NCBI GenBank assembly: GCA_963169585.1
Contig: CAUJDU010000035.1
Span: 1-52,937, forward strand
From: Actinomycetota bacterium
GTDB lineage: Bacteria; Actinomycetota; Acidimicrobiia; IMCC26256; JAGPDB01
Direction of reading: 5' to 3'
Length of the DNA stretch: 52,937 nt
Shown here: positions 36,121 through 45,174 of the stretch, in pieces
Layout: each line of letters begins with the position of its first letter
Numbering within the stretch: the first letter of the stretch is position 1
The notes under the pieces: model-generated
Database searches by the model: none
What the model saw: only the letters and a program-made list of their open reading frames with translations
What the model was told of the DNA's origin: nothing
Program-made: the position numbers and the translations under genes

Positions 36121-36193
36121 TTAAATATGTTACCGCTTTGCACTAGGCTATTGCCGTACTTTAAACCAAATATCGGGAAGGAAGTTACAACCT

Positions 36194-37678
36194 GTGGCTT
36201 ATCTAGAGAACTATTTAAAACAATTCGTATCAGAAGACATAATTTCAAAAATAAGTGCCGAGACACTTTCTTTTGCTAGTGCCGTTGACGTTGTGGCAAA
36301 AACATCTCCTGAAATTGCACAAGCGATTGTCGATGAGCTCAGAGATCAAAGAAATTCTCTAAAACTTATTGCTTCCGAAAACTATGCCGATGTAGAAACT
36401 CTTTTAGCAATGGGAAATTGGCTTACAGATAAATATGCTGAAGGCTCTGTTGGTCACCGTTTTTATGCAGGATGTCAAAATATTGATACTGTAGAAAGAA
36501 TAGCTTCGCAGAAAGCATGTGAGCTTTTTGGTGCAGAAAATGCATATGTGCAACCCCACTCTGGGATCGATGCAAACTTAGTTGCCTACTGGGCGATAAT
36601 GGCTGCAAAAGTCGAAGATCCAGCCTTGAATAAAGCAAATGTGAAAAACGTAAACCAAATGGACGACCAAGATTGGGATGCACTTCGTAAAGCTTTTGGC
36701 AATCAAAGACTTATGGGTCTCTCTCTAGATGCAGGCGGGCACTTAACACACGGTTTTAGGCCAAATATTTCTGGGAAGATGTTTGAACACTACTCATATA
36801 GTGTCGATCCAAATACTGGTGTTATCGACTATGAAGAGATGCGCAAGATCGCTAACGAAGTAAAGCCACTTGTGTTAGTGGGTGGCTACAGCGCGTATCC
36901 ACGCAAAATTAATTTTCGCATCATGAGAGAGATAGCTGATGAAGTTGGTGCAGTATTCATGGTTGATATGGCTCACTTCGCAGGGTTGGTTGCAGGAAAA
37001 GTATTTACTGGAGATTTTGATCCTGTAGGTCACGCTGACATAGTTACTACTACTACTCATAAAACACTTCGAGGTCCTCGAGGTGGAATGGTTTTGTGTA
37101 AAGACTGGTTAGCGCCATACGTTCTTCGTGGTTGTCCGCTGGTTCTTGGAGGTCCGCTTGGACATATGATGGCTGCAAAAGCTGTTGCTTTCGAAAAGGC
37201 ACTTCAACCAGAATTCCAGCAATATTCACAACAAGTAGTTAAAAATGCTGCTGCGCTAGCAGATGAGTTAATGCGATGCGGGGCAACACTGACAAGTGGA
37301 GGGACAGATAACCACCTAATGGTTCTAGATTGTACAAGCTATGGCTTGAATGGTCGACAGGCAGATAGTGCACTTCTTGATTCTGGAATTGTAACGAATA
37401 GAAATACGATCCCTAATGATCCTAATGGAGCTTGGTACACATCAGGAGTTAGAATCGGTACCCCTGCGCTTACAAGTAGGGGAATGAAAGAAGATGACTT
37501 CCGAGAAGTAGCTCGTATGATTGATGAAGTTCTGCGCGCAACAAAACCGGTAGAAAAAGATGGAAAGATTAGTCCATCTAAATATGAATTAGATAGTGAA
37601 TTCTCAGCAAAAATTAAAACGCAAATCAATGAGTTGCTAGCAAGATTCCCTCTTTATCCGAATATCGATATAGTCTAA
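36194..37678 (+). CDS. glyA: Serine hydroxymethyltransferase (long form)
   Basis: Motifs seen are [21 protein letters not shown], the PLP-lysine region [15 protein letters not shown], and GGTDNHL. The GTG start follows GGAAGGAAG. It has an N-terminal extension and a ~30-aa insertion relative to E. coli GlyA. Confidence 0.93.
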   Translation: MAYLENYLKQFVSEDIISKISAETLSFASAVDVVAKTSPEIAQAIVDELRDQRNSLKLIASENYADVETLLAMGNWLTDKYAEGSVGHRFYAGCQNIDTVERIASQKACELFGAENAYVQPHSGIDANLVAYWAIMAAKVEDPALNKANVKNVNQMDDQDWDALRKAFGNQRLMGLSLDAGGHLTHGFRPNISGKMFEHYSYSVDPNTGVIDYEEMRKIANEVKPLVLVGGYSAYPRKINFRIMREIADEVGAVFMVDMAHFAGLVAGKVFTGDFDPVGHADIVTTTTHKTLRGPRGGMVLCKDWLAPYVLRGCPLVLGGPLGHMMAAKAVAFEKALQPEFQQYSQQVVKNAAALADELMRCGATLTSGGTDNHLMVLDCTSYGLNGRQADSALLDSGIVTNRNTIPNDPNGAWYTSGVRIGTPALTSRGMKEDDFREVARMIDEVLRATKPVEKDGKISPSKYELDSEFSAKIKTQINELLARFPLYPNIDIV

Positions 37679-37690
37679 GAAAGGTATCTC

Positions 37691-38107
37691 ATGAGTGAGA
37701 ATAAAAATGTTCAAGAATTAGATGATAGTGCCTGGAAAGAAAAATTAGATTCGACACAATATGATGTTCTGCGTTGTAGCGTTACTGAACCTGCGTTTAG
37801 CGGCATATATTGGGACCATCAAGAAGATGGGCTTTATCGATGTGCAGGATGTAATGAGCCATTATTCAAATCAGATAATAAGTTTGAATCTGGTTCAGGA
37901 TGGCCAAGTTTTGATCAACCAGCAACTCCAGATGCAATTGAGGAAGTCGAAGATAATTCTCATGGTATGAAGCGTATAGAAATTCGATGCAATAATTGTA
38001 AAGGTCATGTTGGCCATGTCTTTCCAGACGGCCCGAAAGCTACCACTGGTCTACGGTACTGTACTAATAGTGCTTCTTTGCAGTTTGAAGATGAGGCAGA
38101 AATCTAA
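37691..38107 (+). CDS. msrB: Peptide-methionine (R)-S-oxide reductase
   Basis: The zinc CxxC pairs are CAGCNEPLF and CNNCKGHVGHVF. The catalytic motif is RYCTNS. Confidence 0.95.
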   Translation: MSENKNVQELDDSAWKEKLDSTQYDVLRCSVTEPAFSGIYWDHQEDGLYRCAGCNEPLFKSDNKFESGSGWPSFDQPATPDAIEEVEDNSHGMKRIEIRCNNCKGHVGHVFPDGPKATTGLRYCTNSASLQFEDEAEI

Positions 38108-38150
38108 TTACAATTCGATCGGATCTTCAGGTTCCTGCGAAACTATAGGT

Positions 38151-39041
38151 ATGGCTGTACCAGAACGTCAGTTTTCGATTTCTGTTGAAAAATATCGACA
38201 GCTTACGTGGATTGCTTGCTTCTTTATTGCTGCAATTATTGTGACTGGAGCTAGTGTTCGAGTGACTGGTTCGGGTCTTGGTTGTCCTACCTGGCCAAAA
38301 TGTTCATCGGATTCATTTACTCCAACTGATGTGCAAACTGGGCATGCTTTAATAGAATTTGGTAACAGAATTTTTACAGGTTTATTGTCCTTGAGTGTTA
38401 TTGGTGCTGTTGCTGGTTCAATATTTAGAACACCTAGATCAAAAACTTTAATAGTACTTTCCTTGGGGCTAGTTTTAGGTGTAGTTGCCCAAATTGTATT
38501 AGGAGGTATAACCGTTTGGTTAGATTTACATCCGCTTAGTGTAGGTGCACATATGCTTCTTTCATGCTTCATTTTAAGTTGTGCCGTAATTTTAGCTGTA
38601 ATAAGTAAGCGTAAAATCGTTCCCCAAATTCGAGATCTATTTAGACCATCTAGACATCTACTTGTTATGGTGCTTACCTATATTGTTGTTGTATTAGGAA
38701 TAGTAGTTACTGCTGCTGGCCCACATGCAGGAGACCAAAGGACAAAAAGACTTGAAGTTTCTGTGGAGAGCGTAGCGAGGATACATTCTCTTTCTGCATG
38801 GATATTGTTATTAACTGTTATTGTTCTTCTGTTATATTTCAAAGATCAATCCAAATCACTAAAGTGGCTTGGAGGAATTATCATTTATCAAGGCATATGG
38901 GGATATTCACAATATATTATGGGCGTACCTTCATGGATGGTTCTAGGACATGTTCTCCTAGCGACTCTCTTATTTATCACAGCAACTAACTATTGGCTTA
39001 ACGCAATTATGGGCAGAGACAATAACCTAAGTGTGCACTAG
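38151..39041 (+). CDS. ctaA: Heme A synthase (COX15/CtaA family)
   Basis: It is a multi-TM protein with GSGLGCPTWPKC and conserved His-containing helices. I prefer ATG 38151, because the track start at 38007 overlaps msrB by 100 nt. Confidence 0.88.
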   Translation: MAVPERQFSISVEKYRQLTWIACFFIAAIIVTGASVRVTGSGLGCPTWPKCSSDSFTPTDVQTGHALIEFGNRIFTGLLSLSVIGAVAGSIFRTPRSKTLIVLSLGLVLGVVAQIVLGGITVWLDLHPLSVGAHMLLSCFILSCAVILAVISKRKIVPQIRDLFRPSRHLLVMVLTYIVVVLGIVVTAAGPHAGDQRTKRLEVSVESVARIHSLSAWILLLTVIVLLLYFKDQSKSLKWLGGIIIYQGIWGYSQYIMGVPSWMVLGHVLLATLLFITATNYWLNAIMGRDNNLSVH

Positions 39042-40324
39042 TTAAGTATATCTAAATACTTTTTCGTATCTTTGTCAGATTTAGTTCTTAATTTATCGTC
39101 TATCTCTAGGGCTTCATCACTTACCTTTAATGCGATGTTATTAAGCCCCGCGAGACTTAAACCTTCAAGATTTTTAATCCTTGAAAGAGCAACGTAACCC
39201 ATACCAGCAACAAAACTTTTACGTAAATCGATTTTTGCTGCATCCAAAGTCATTCCTTGGCTTTTATGAACAGTCATAGCCCAAGCAAGCCTTAAAGGGA
39301 CTTGTTCTAAACTTGCGTTCTTTTTATCGCCATCGCGTAGCTCCCAAACATCTGGGGCTATCGTAACAATCCTATTATTAACGAGTTTTACTTTCGGATA
39401 ATTATTTTCCTCATCAAAACCAATAACTCTTCCTAAAGACCCATTAACAAAACGTCTCTCTTGATTATTTTTAATACACATAACAAGAGCGCCTTCTTTT
39501 AATACAAGATCATCTAAAGCTAAACAAGAACGCTTTAGATTTTCTACATAGCTGGCTTTACCTGTATAACTAGCTTGATAATGATGTTCTTGTGAATCAA
39601 TTGTTTTAAGACGTTTAAAGTTCAACCCATCTACATCTATATTTGTCGTATGCAGAGCAGTAACATCATCGCCAGTGCTTAACTCAGCATTTAACCTGCT
39701 CATTAACAAATCATAGTGATCTTTTGATACTTCACCAGATCGTATTGCGTTGAGTATATTTAAGTATTGTTCATCGTCTTGTCTATGTTGTTCTTCTAAA
39801 TAACAGATTACAGGATCTAAATCTTTATAGCTTGATGAATTTATTACAAAATTGGATTCTCCTGAATTGCTACGGCTTATCGGAGGTAGTTGGAAGAAAT
39901 CTCCACAAAGTAGTATCTGGATTCCGCCAAATGGCACATCTTTTCCGCGAACATTTTTTAATACAGTATCAATCATGTCTAGTCTGTAATCATGTAACAT
40001 CGAAATTTCGTCGATAATTAATACATCAGCATTAACAATTGATTTGATTCTTGATTTTGGTAGATAATCGAAAAAGTTAGGTTTTAGCTCATCGTTAATG
40101 CCGATTGCAGCCCAAGAATGGATAGTGCAACCGTTTAAATGTGTTGCAGCTAGTCCAGTTGTTGCGGTTGTTGCAATGGATCTACCATTCTTTTTTGCTT
40201 TTTCAATAAATTTATTTAAAACATATGTTTTGCCGGCACCAGCAGCTCCTGTTAGCAGTACATTTTCACCGGACAACATTATTTGGAGTGCTAAATCTTG
40301 TTTCATTGAGTTCGTCTCTATCAA
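39038..40324 (-). CDS. Pif1-family (RecD-like SF1B) DNA helicase
   Basis: Motif I is GAAGAGKTY and motif II is LIIDEISML. The Pif1 signature region reads DYRLDMIDTVLKNVRG, followed by FGGIQILLCGDFFQLPPI. Motifs V/VI read WAMTVHKSQGMTLD ... YVALSR. Confidence 0.85.
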   Translation of the reverse strand: MIETNSMKQDLALQIMLSGENVLLTGAAGAGKTYVLNKFIEKAKKNGRSIATTATTGLAATHLNGCTIHSWAAIGINDELKPNFFDYLPKSRIKSIVNADVLIIDEISMLHDYRLDMIDTVLKNVRGKDVPFGGIQILLCGDFFQLPPISRSNSGESNFVINSSSYKDLDPVICYLEEQHRQDDEQYLNILNAIRSGEVSKDHYDLLMSRLNAELSTGDDVTALHTTNIDVDGLNFKRLKTIDSQEHHYQASYTGKASYVENLKRSCLALDDLVLKEGALVMCIKNNQERRFVNGSLGRVIGFDEENNYPKVKLVNNRIVTIAPDVWELRDGDKKNASLEQVPLRLAWAMTVHKSQGMTLDAAKIDLRKSFVAGMGYVALSRIKNLEGLSLAGLNNIALKVSDEALEIDDKLRTKSDKDTKKYLDILN

Positions 40325-40457
40325 AGTTAATAATCTAAGGACTTTAAGGAGTCATAAGAATTAGGTAATTTGTCCATTATATCAAGTTTGCATAATTCTT
40401 ATTGTGGTAAGAAGGCATTTGCTTAACTGAATCGTCACTCCTAGTGGTATCACTGTA

Positions 40458-42023
40458 ATGGTTGACAAGGTCAATGTCGATGTAGGAGGCCTAAGACAAT
40501 CAACTAAGGGACTTGGAATGACTATGACAGATTTTGTTTCCAGATATGATTCATCTCTCACGTATGACGAGATGTTTGATGAGAACGGTATCGTAAGGTC
40601 TGCATACGAATCGGTCTTGAAGGTATTTAATGACTTACGTTTAAATGAGTTTGATACTAGAGGCGAATTACGAGACCAAGCTTTTCGAGATCAAGGTATA
40701 ACTTTTTCATATTCTGGCGAGGAACGACCATGGCCACTTGATCTGATCCCACGAATTATCACTTCAAATGAATGGGAAACAATCGAGGCAGGAATTACAC
40801 AAAGAGTTCAAGCCCTCGAAATGTTCTTAAACGATATCTATACTACAGGGCATATTCTTGAAGACGGAATAATCCCTCGTAAAGTTATAGCAACCTCAAA
40901 ACATTTTCATAGAAGCGTACACGGCTTTTCTCCTAGTAATAACGTTCGGATCCATGTAGCTGGTATAGATCTAGTTCGAGGAAAGAATGGAGAGTTTCTA
41001 GTTCTTGAAGATAATCTTCGTTGTCCATCCGGAATTTCATATGTGTTAGAAAACCGTCGGGCAACAAGTCATGTCTTTCCTGAACTATTTAAGTCAAATT
41101 CCATAAGATCCGTAAATGAATATCCTCAGAAGTTGAAAAATGCACTCATCGCAAGTGCCCCACGTGGAATAGAAAACCCAACAGTTGTCGTACTTACTCC
41201 TGGCGTGCATAACTCAGCATACTTCGAACATACTTTTCTAGCACGCAAAATGGGTGTCGAGCTTGTAGAAGGTAGAGATTTAATCGTTCACGATAACGAA
41301 GTCTTCATGAAAACCACTTCGAAGGCGAAACGTGTCGACGTAATTTACAGAAGAATAGATGATGATTTTATAGATCCATTGCATTTTCTTCCACACTCAA
41401 CTCTGGGTGTCGCAGGGATTATAAATGCTGCGAGATTTGGTAAAGTGACTATAGCTAATGCAGTTGGGAATGGGGCAGCAGATGACAAACTCGTATACTC
41501 ATACCTACCTGCAATTATCGAATATTATCTTGGCGAGAAACCTAAAATTAACAATGTTGAAACCTATCGGTTAGATGATGAAGATGTACGAAAGTTTGCA
41601 TTAGAAAACAGAAGTAAACTGGTTTTTAAGCCTGTCGATGCTAGTGGCGGTTATGGGTTAGTGATCGGTCCACATGCAAGTGAAGATGAACTTGAACAAG
41701 TTGGAAAAGACGTCGAGGCAGATCCTCGTGGATATATTGCACAACCTGTCGTTTCCCTCTCAACTTCTCCAACTTACGACGGTGAAGGAATCTCACCTAG
41801 ACACGTTGATCTGCGTCCTTTTGTCGTAAATGATGGAGAAAAAATGTGGGCAGTACCCGGAGGTCTTACAAGGGTTGCATTACCCAAAGGGTCTCTGGTC
41901 GTCAACTCGTCGCAAGGTGGTGGAAGTAAAGATACTTGGGTTCTACAAGATAAAGAATCTAAGGCAACGAATACTCACGCTATAACTCAAATTCAACAAT
42001 ATCAACAGCAGCAACAGCAATAG
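40458..42023 (+). CDS. Circularly permuted ATP-grasp protein (type 2; DUF404/DUF407 class) with a poly-Gln C-terminus
   Basis: Family hallmarks are present: FLVLEDNLRCPSGISYVLENR, VVVLTPGVHNSAYFEHTFLARKMGVELVEGRDL, VDVIYRRIDDDFIDP, NAVGNGAADDK and EYYLGEKP. The more likely start is ATG 40518, which follows AAGGGA. It ends with TQIQQYQQQQQQ. Confidence 0.85.
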   Translation: MVDKVNVDVGGLRQSTKGLGMTMTDFVSRYDSSLTYDEMFDENGIVRSAYESVLKVFNDLRLNEFDTRGELRDQAFRDQGITFSYSGEERPWPLDLIPRIITSNEWETIEAGITQRVQALEMFLNDIYTTGHILEDGIIPRKVIATSKHFHRSVHGFSPSNNVRIHVAGIDLVRGKNGEFLVLEDNLRCPSGISYVLENRRATSHVFPELFKSNSIRSVNEYPQKLKNALIASAPRGIENPTVVVLTPGVHNSAYFEHTFLARKMGVELVEGRDLIVHDNEVFMKTTSKAKRVDVIYRRIDDDFIDPLHFLPHSTLGVAGIINAARFGKVTIANAVGNGAADDKLVYSYLPAIIEYYLGEKPKINNVETYRLDDEDVRKFALENRSKLVFKPVDASGGYGLVIGPHASEDELEQVGKDVEADPRGYIAQPVVSLSTSPTYDGEGISPRHVDLRPFVVNDGEKMWAVPGGLTRVALPKGSLVVNSSQGGGSKDTWVLQDKESKATNTHAITQIQQYQQQQQQ

Positions 42024-42033
42024 GAAAGTAATC

Positions 42034-42960
42034 ATGTTATCTAGAATTGCAGAATCGTGTTATTGGATAGGAAGGTTAGTCGAACGAGCTGACTATACGG
42101 CCCGACTACTTGATGTCCACTACCATAATCTTTTACAAAATCATCCGACTGAATCTGGTGAATTAGCAAATCATCTAGTTTCTGTGATGGGTACCATTCC
42201 AAACAGACCAATAGGTGATATAGATCACGCAATAAATTATATTGGCTTTGATGTATCATTTTCTGGTTCAATTTCAGACTCGATAATGCAACTAGCTGAA
42301 AATGCTAAAGGAGTTAGGGACACAATCCCAGCAGAACTTTTCGAAGCTATTCATGCTACATACGTCGAGCTGCAAGATAGTTATTTTGATGAAAATATTT
42401 GTAGTAATCATGAATTATTTAAATGGGTACGTAACCGATGTATGTTGATTCATGGAATTATAGATGAAGCTATGGCGCGAGATGAAAGTTACCATTTCTT
42501 AAACATCGGAAGATGTCTAGAGCGAATTGATATGTCGGCACGAATGGTTGCAGTTCGTTGTGCGATGGACGATGATGCTCCAGGGTGGATAACAATGTTA
42601 AGAAGTTGTGGTGCATTCGAAGCTTTTGTTCGTTTTAAGGGTGATACCCATAATACAAAAGAAATAATCGAATTCTTATTGAGAAATTCTCATTTCCCTA
42701 GAAGTATTCTTTCGAGTGCAAGTGCCGCACTAGCCAGTGCGCAACAGCTCTCTGGAAATCCAGAAAGTATTGGAAATGAAAGTGATCCTAGGTTCGCGCT
42801 CGGTCGGCTTTGCGCTGAAATCGAATTTAAATCTATTGAAGATGTTCATGACAATCTTTTAGAAGAGGTATTTTATCTTCAAAAGGGAGTTATGAGTATA
42901 AATAAAGTCATGGTTGATAAGTATTTCCACCATACGATTGCAATTGAATGGAGGCGATAA
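42034..42960 (+). CDS. Alpha-E domain protein (DUF403)
   Basis: The N-terminus MLSRIAESCYWIGRLVERADYTARLLDV is the characteristic alpha-E start. It lies immediately downstream of the CP-ATP-grasp gene. Confidence 0.85.
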   Translation: MLSRIAESCYWIGRLVERADYTARLLDVHYHNLLQNHPTESGELANHLVSVMGTIPNRPIGDIDHAINYIGFDVSFSGSISDSIMQLAENAKGVRDTIPAELFEAIHATYVELQDSYFDENICSNHELFKWVRNRCMLIHGIIDEAMARDESYHFLNIGRCLERIDMSARMVAVRCAMDDDAPGWITMLRSCGAFEAFVRFKGDTHNTKEIIEFLLRNSHFPRSILSSASAALASAQQLSGNPESIGNESDPRFALGRLCAEIEFKSIEDVHDNLLEEVFYLQKGVMSINKVMVDKYFHHTIAIEWRR

Positions 42961-43808
42961 TGTCTTGGAAAATATCTATAGAACATGAAACTACATATTC
43001 ATATCTAAAACCAATATATTCTCAGCATAATGAACTTCGTATTTCTCCGAGGGATACACCAAGGCAATTTACACTTGAACATTCTTTAGTAATAGAGCCA
43101 GCAACTAATTTGTATAGATATACCGATTATTTCGGTACGCGAGTAAGTGTGTTTGCGATCGAAGAAGAGCACCAAGAACTTAGCGTTAAAGGACATTCAT
43201 TAGTAGAAACTGCATCTGGGGCTCCTCATGTTGCAAAGGCACCTGTAGGTTGGGACTTACTTCGATCTCAATCCGTAATGGACAAGCTCTGCGAATATCT
43301 ATCATTCAGTCAATACACTAAATATTCCCCATTGTATGAACCGCTGTTAGAGAAGTTAAATGGATTTGAAACCCCTGGGCTTGCAGTTGATTTCCTTGGT
43401 AATTGGATACGCAGCAATATCTTTTATCAGCCAGGCTCTACAAATGTAAAAACTACCGCTCCAGATATTATGAGTAACAGAATGGGCGTATGCCAAGACT
43501 TTGTTCACTTGGGATTAGCAATACTTCGACAAGTAGGAATCCCTTGTAGATATGTTTCTGGATATCTTTACCCTGCAGATCATGGTGAAATTGGTGAGGT
43601 TGTTTCAGGAGAATCTCATGCTTGGCTTCAGGTATGGCTTGGAGATTGGTATTCTCTCGATCCAACTAATGATACTCCTGTAGCTGAAAAGCATGTCTTG
43701 GTGGGTTGGGGTCGTGATTACGATGATATCGCGCCTGTTAAAGGTATTGTGCATGGTGTCCCAAATTCAAATATGGAAGTTAGTGTCTCTCTCTGTCGAG
43801 TTGCTTAA
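42948..43808 (+). CDS. Transglutaminase-like cysteine-protease-fold protein (Bact_transglu_N plus transglutaminase core)
   Basis: The N-domain reads ISIEHETTYSYLKPIYSQHNELRISPRD. The catalytic Cys lies in GVCQDFVHL, the His in ESHAWLQVW and the Asp in LDPTND. It overlaps the alpha-E gene by 13 nt. Confidence 0.85.
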   Translation: MEAIMSWKISIEHETTYSYLKPIYSQHNELRISPRDTPRQFTLEHSLVIEPATNLYRYTDYFGTRVSVFAIEEEHQELSVKGHSLVETASGAPHVAKAPVGWDLLRSQSVMDKLCEYLSFSQYTKYSPLYEPLLEKLNGFETPGLAVDFLGNWIRSNIFYQPGSTNVKTTAPDIMSNRMGVCQDFVHLGLAILRQVGIPCRYVSGYLYPADHGEIGEVVSGESHAWLQVWLGDWYSLDPTNDTPVAEKHVLVGWGRDYDDIAPVKGIVHGVPNSNMEVSVSLCRVA

Positions 43809-43817
43809 CTAAGCAAG

Positions 43818-44087
43818 TTATTCACGGATCGAGCGTCCAAACGCACGTAACACTTTATGGTCACCTTCGATCTTTAGATGGCCATATTGAACTTCTTGTT
43901 CAAAGGTACTTTGACCTTGTTTTAGTCTCTCAAATGATAATTCGTTCAAAGTGATTTTACAGGAAGCGCTAGCATTGGTATTTATAATTGGCTCACCTGT
44001 TTGGGTATCGAAAAGGAAATTTAGAGACGTATTATCTAGAACTTCTATAGATATAATCGAATTGTTTGATATTTGATCATTTGTCAT
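43818..44087 (-). CDS. Small SCP2-like (sterol-carrier fold) protein
   Basis: It is 89 aa. The C-terminal pattern FEQEVQYGHLKIEGDHKVLRAFG resembles the SCP2 C-terminus (G.L...GD...L..). The assignment is weak. Confidence 0.45.
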   Translation of the reverse strand: MTNDQISNNSIISIEVLDNTSLNFLFDTQTGEPIINTNASASCKITLNELSFERLKQGQSTFEQEVQYGHLKIEGDHKVLRAFGRSIRE

Positions 44088-44106
44088 CTTAAAAGACTAA
44101 CGTAGT

Positions 44107-45174
44107 GTGATGGATTCATACCAAAAGCACGATGATACTCCCGGTTTGAGTGCCTATGTAACAGAAATTTCTGATTATATAGAGAAATTTCTCGATAATG
44201 AGATACGAACTTGGAAGCAAGTGGATCCATCAATTTCTCCACCTCTTGAGGCATTGCGTAATTTTATAAAAGGTGGAGGGAAAATGTTGCGTCCCTCATT
44301 TTGTTTTCTTGGGTATCGTACTCAAGGAGCAACAACAATAGATCCATTGATTATCATGGCTGGTAGTACGCTTGAAATGCTTCATAATTTTGCATTAGTA
44401 CATGATGATTTTATGGATCGTGCAGATACAAGACGTGGTAAGCCGACTATACATAAATTTTTAGAACAATTGTATAGCCAAAATTCGTATGTAGGAGATA
44501 TTGAACATTTCTCTAATAGTGTTGCCATACTTGCAGGGGATTTTGCTTTTACCTACGCGGATAGTTTTGCTCGATCACTGCCATCACAGTGTTTAGACGT
44601 TTATGATGCCCTAAAGGTGGAGCTTATTGCAGGTCAACAAATGGATTTAGATGCTGTTTATAAAAAATCAATCACTAAGGAAGATTTATCACGTATCGCA
44701 CAGTATAAGTCTGGAAAATACACGATAGAAAGACCATTGCAATTAGGGGCAGTTTTAGTTAATCCAAATGCTGATTCTAGATTATGGACTGATTTTGGGA
44801 GACCGCTAGGTGAAGCATTCCAACTTAGAGATGATGTGCTTGGAATTTTTGGAGATGAAAATCTAACTGGTAAACCAGTTGGTGGAGATATACGTGAAGG
44901 TAAATATACATTGCTCATTGCCGAAGCACTCGAAAGAGCAGATAGTAAGCAACAAGCACTGCTTAACAGGAGAGGTCAGAGCGATATAACAGATAGAGAA
45001 ATTAGTGATATCGTTAAATTTGTTGAAACTTGTGGTGCCTATAAGGCTGTTGAATCAAAAATTGATGAACTCTATAACATTGCAATAGATGCCTTAGAAA
45101 ATTTACACCTCGATAAAGATAGCCTATCTTTCGGAAAATATCTAGCAAAATATGTTTGTTGGAGACAGCAATGA
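44107..45174 (+). CDS. Polyprenyl diphosphate synthase (trans-IPPS, GGPP-synthase-like)
   Basis: The first Asp-rich motif is LVHDDFMDRADTRRG and the second is FQLRDDVLG, followed by GKPVGGDIREGK. Confidence 0.9.
   Translation: MMDSYQKHDDTPGLSAYVTEISDYIEKFLDNEIRTWKQVDPSISPPLEALRNFIKGGGKMLRPSFCFLGYRTQGATTIDPLIIMAGSTLEMLHNFALVHDDFMDRADTRRGKPTIHKFLEQLYSQNSYVGDIEHFSNSVAILAGDFAFTYADSFARSLPSQCLDVYDALKVELIAGQQMDLDAVYKKSITKEDLSRIAQYKSGKYTIERPLQLGAVLVNPNADSRLWTDFGRPLGEAFQLRDDVLGIFGDENLTGKPVGGDIREGKYTLLIAEALERADSKQQALLNRRGQSDITDREISDIVKFVETCGAYKAVESKIDELYNIAIDALENLHLDKDSLSFGKYLAKYVCWRQQ

Noticed and set aside
38007-38150. The long N-terminal extension of ctaA, which overlaps msrB by 100 nt.
   Set aside because: The extension has no CtaA-like sequence and lies inside the conserved msrB C-terminus in another frame. 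ATG 38151 gives a normal CtaA N-terminus before the first TM helix.
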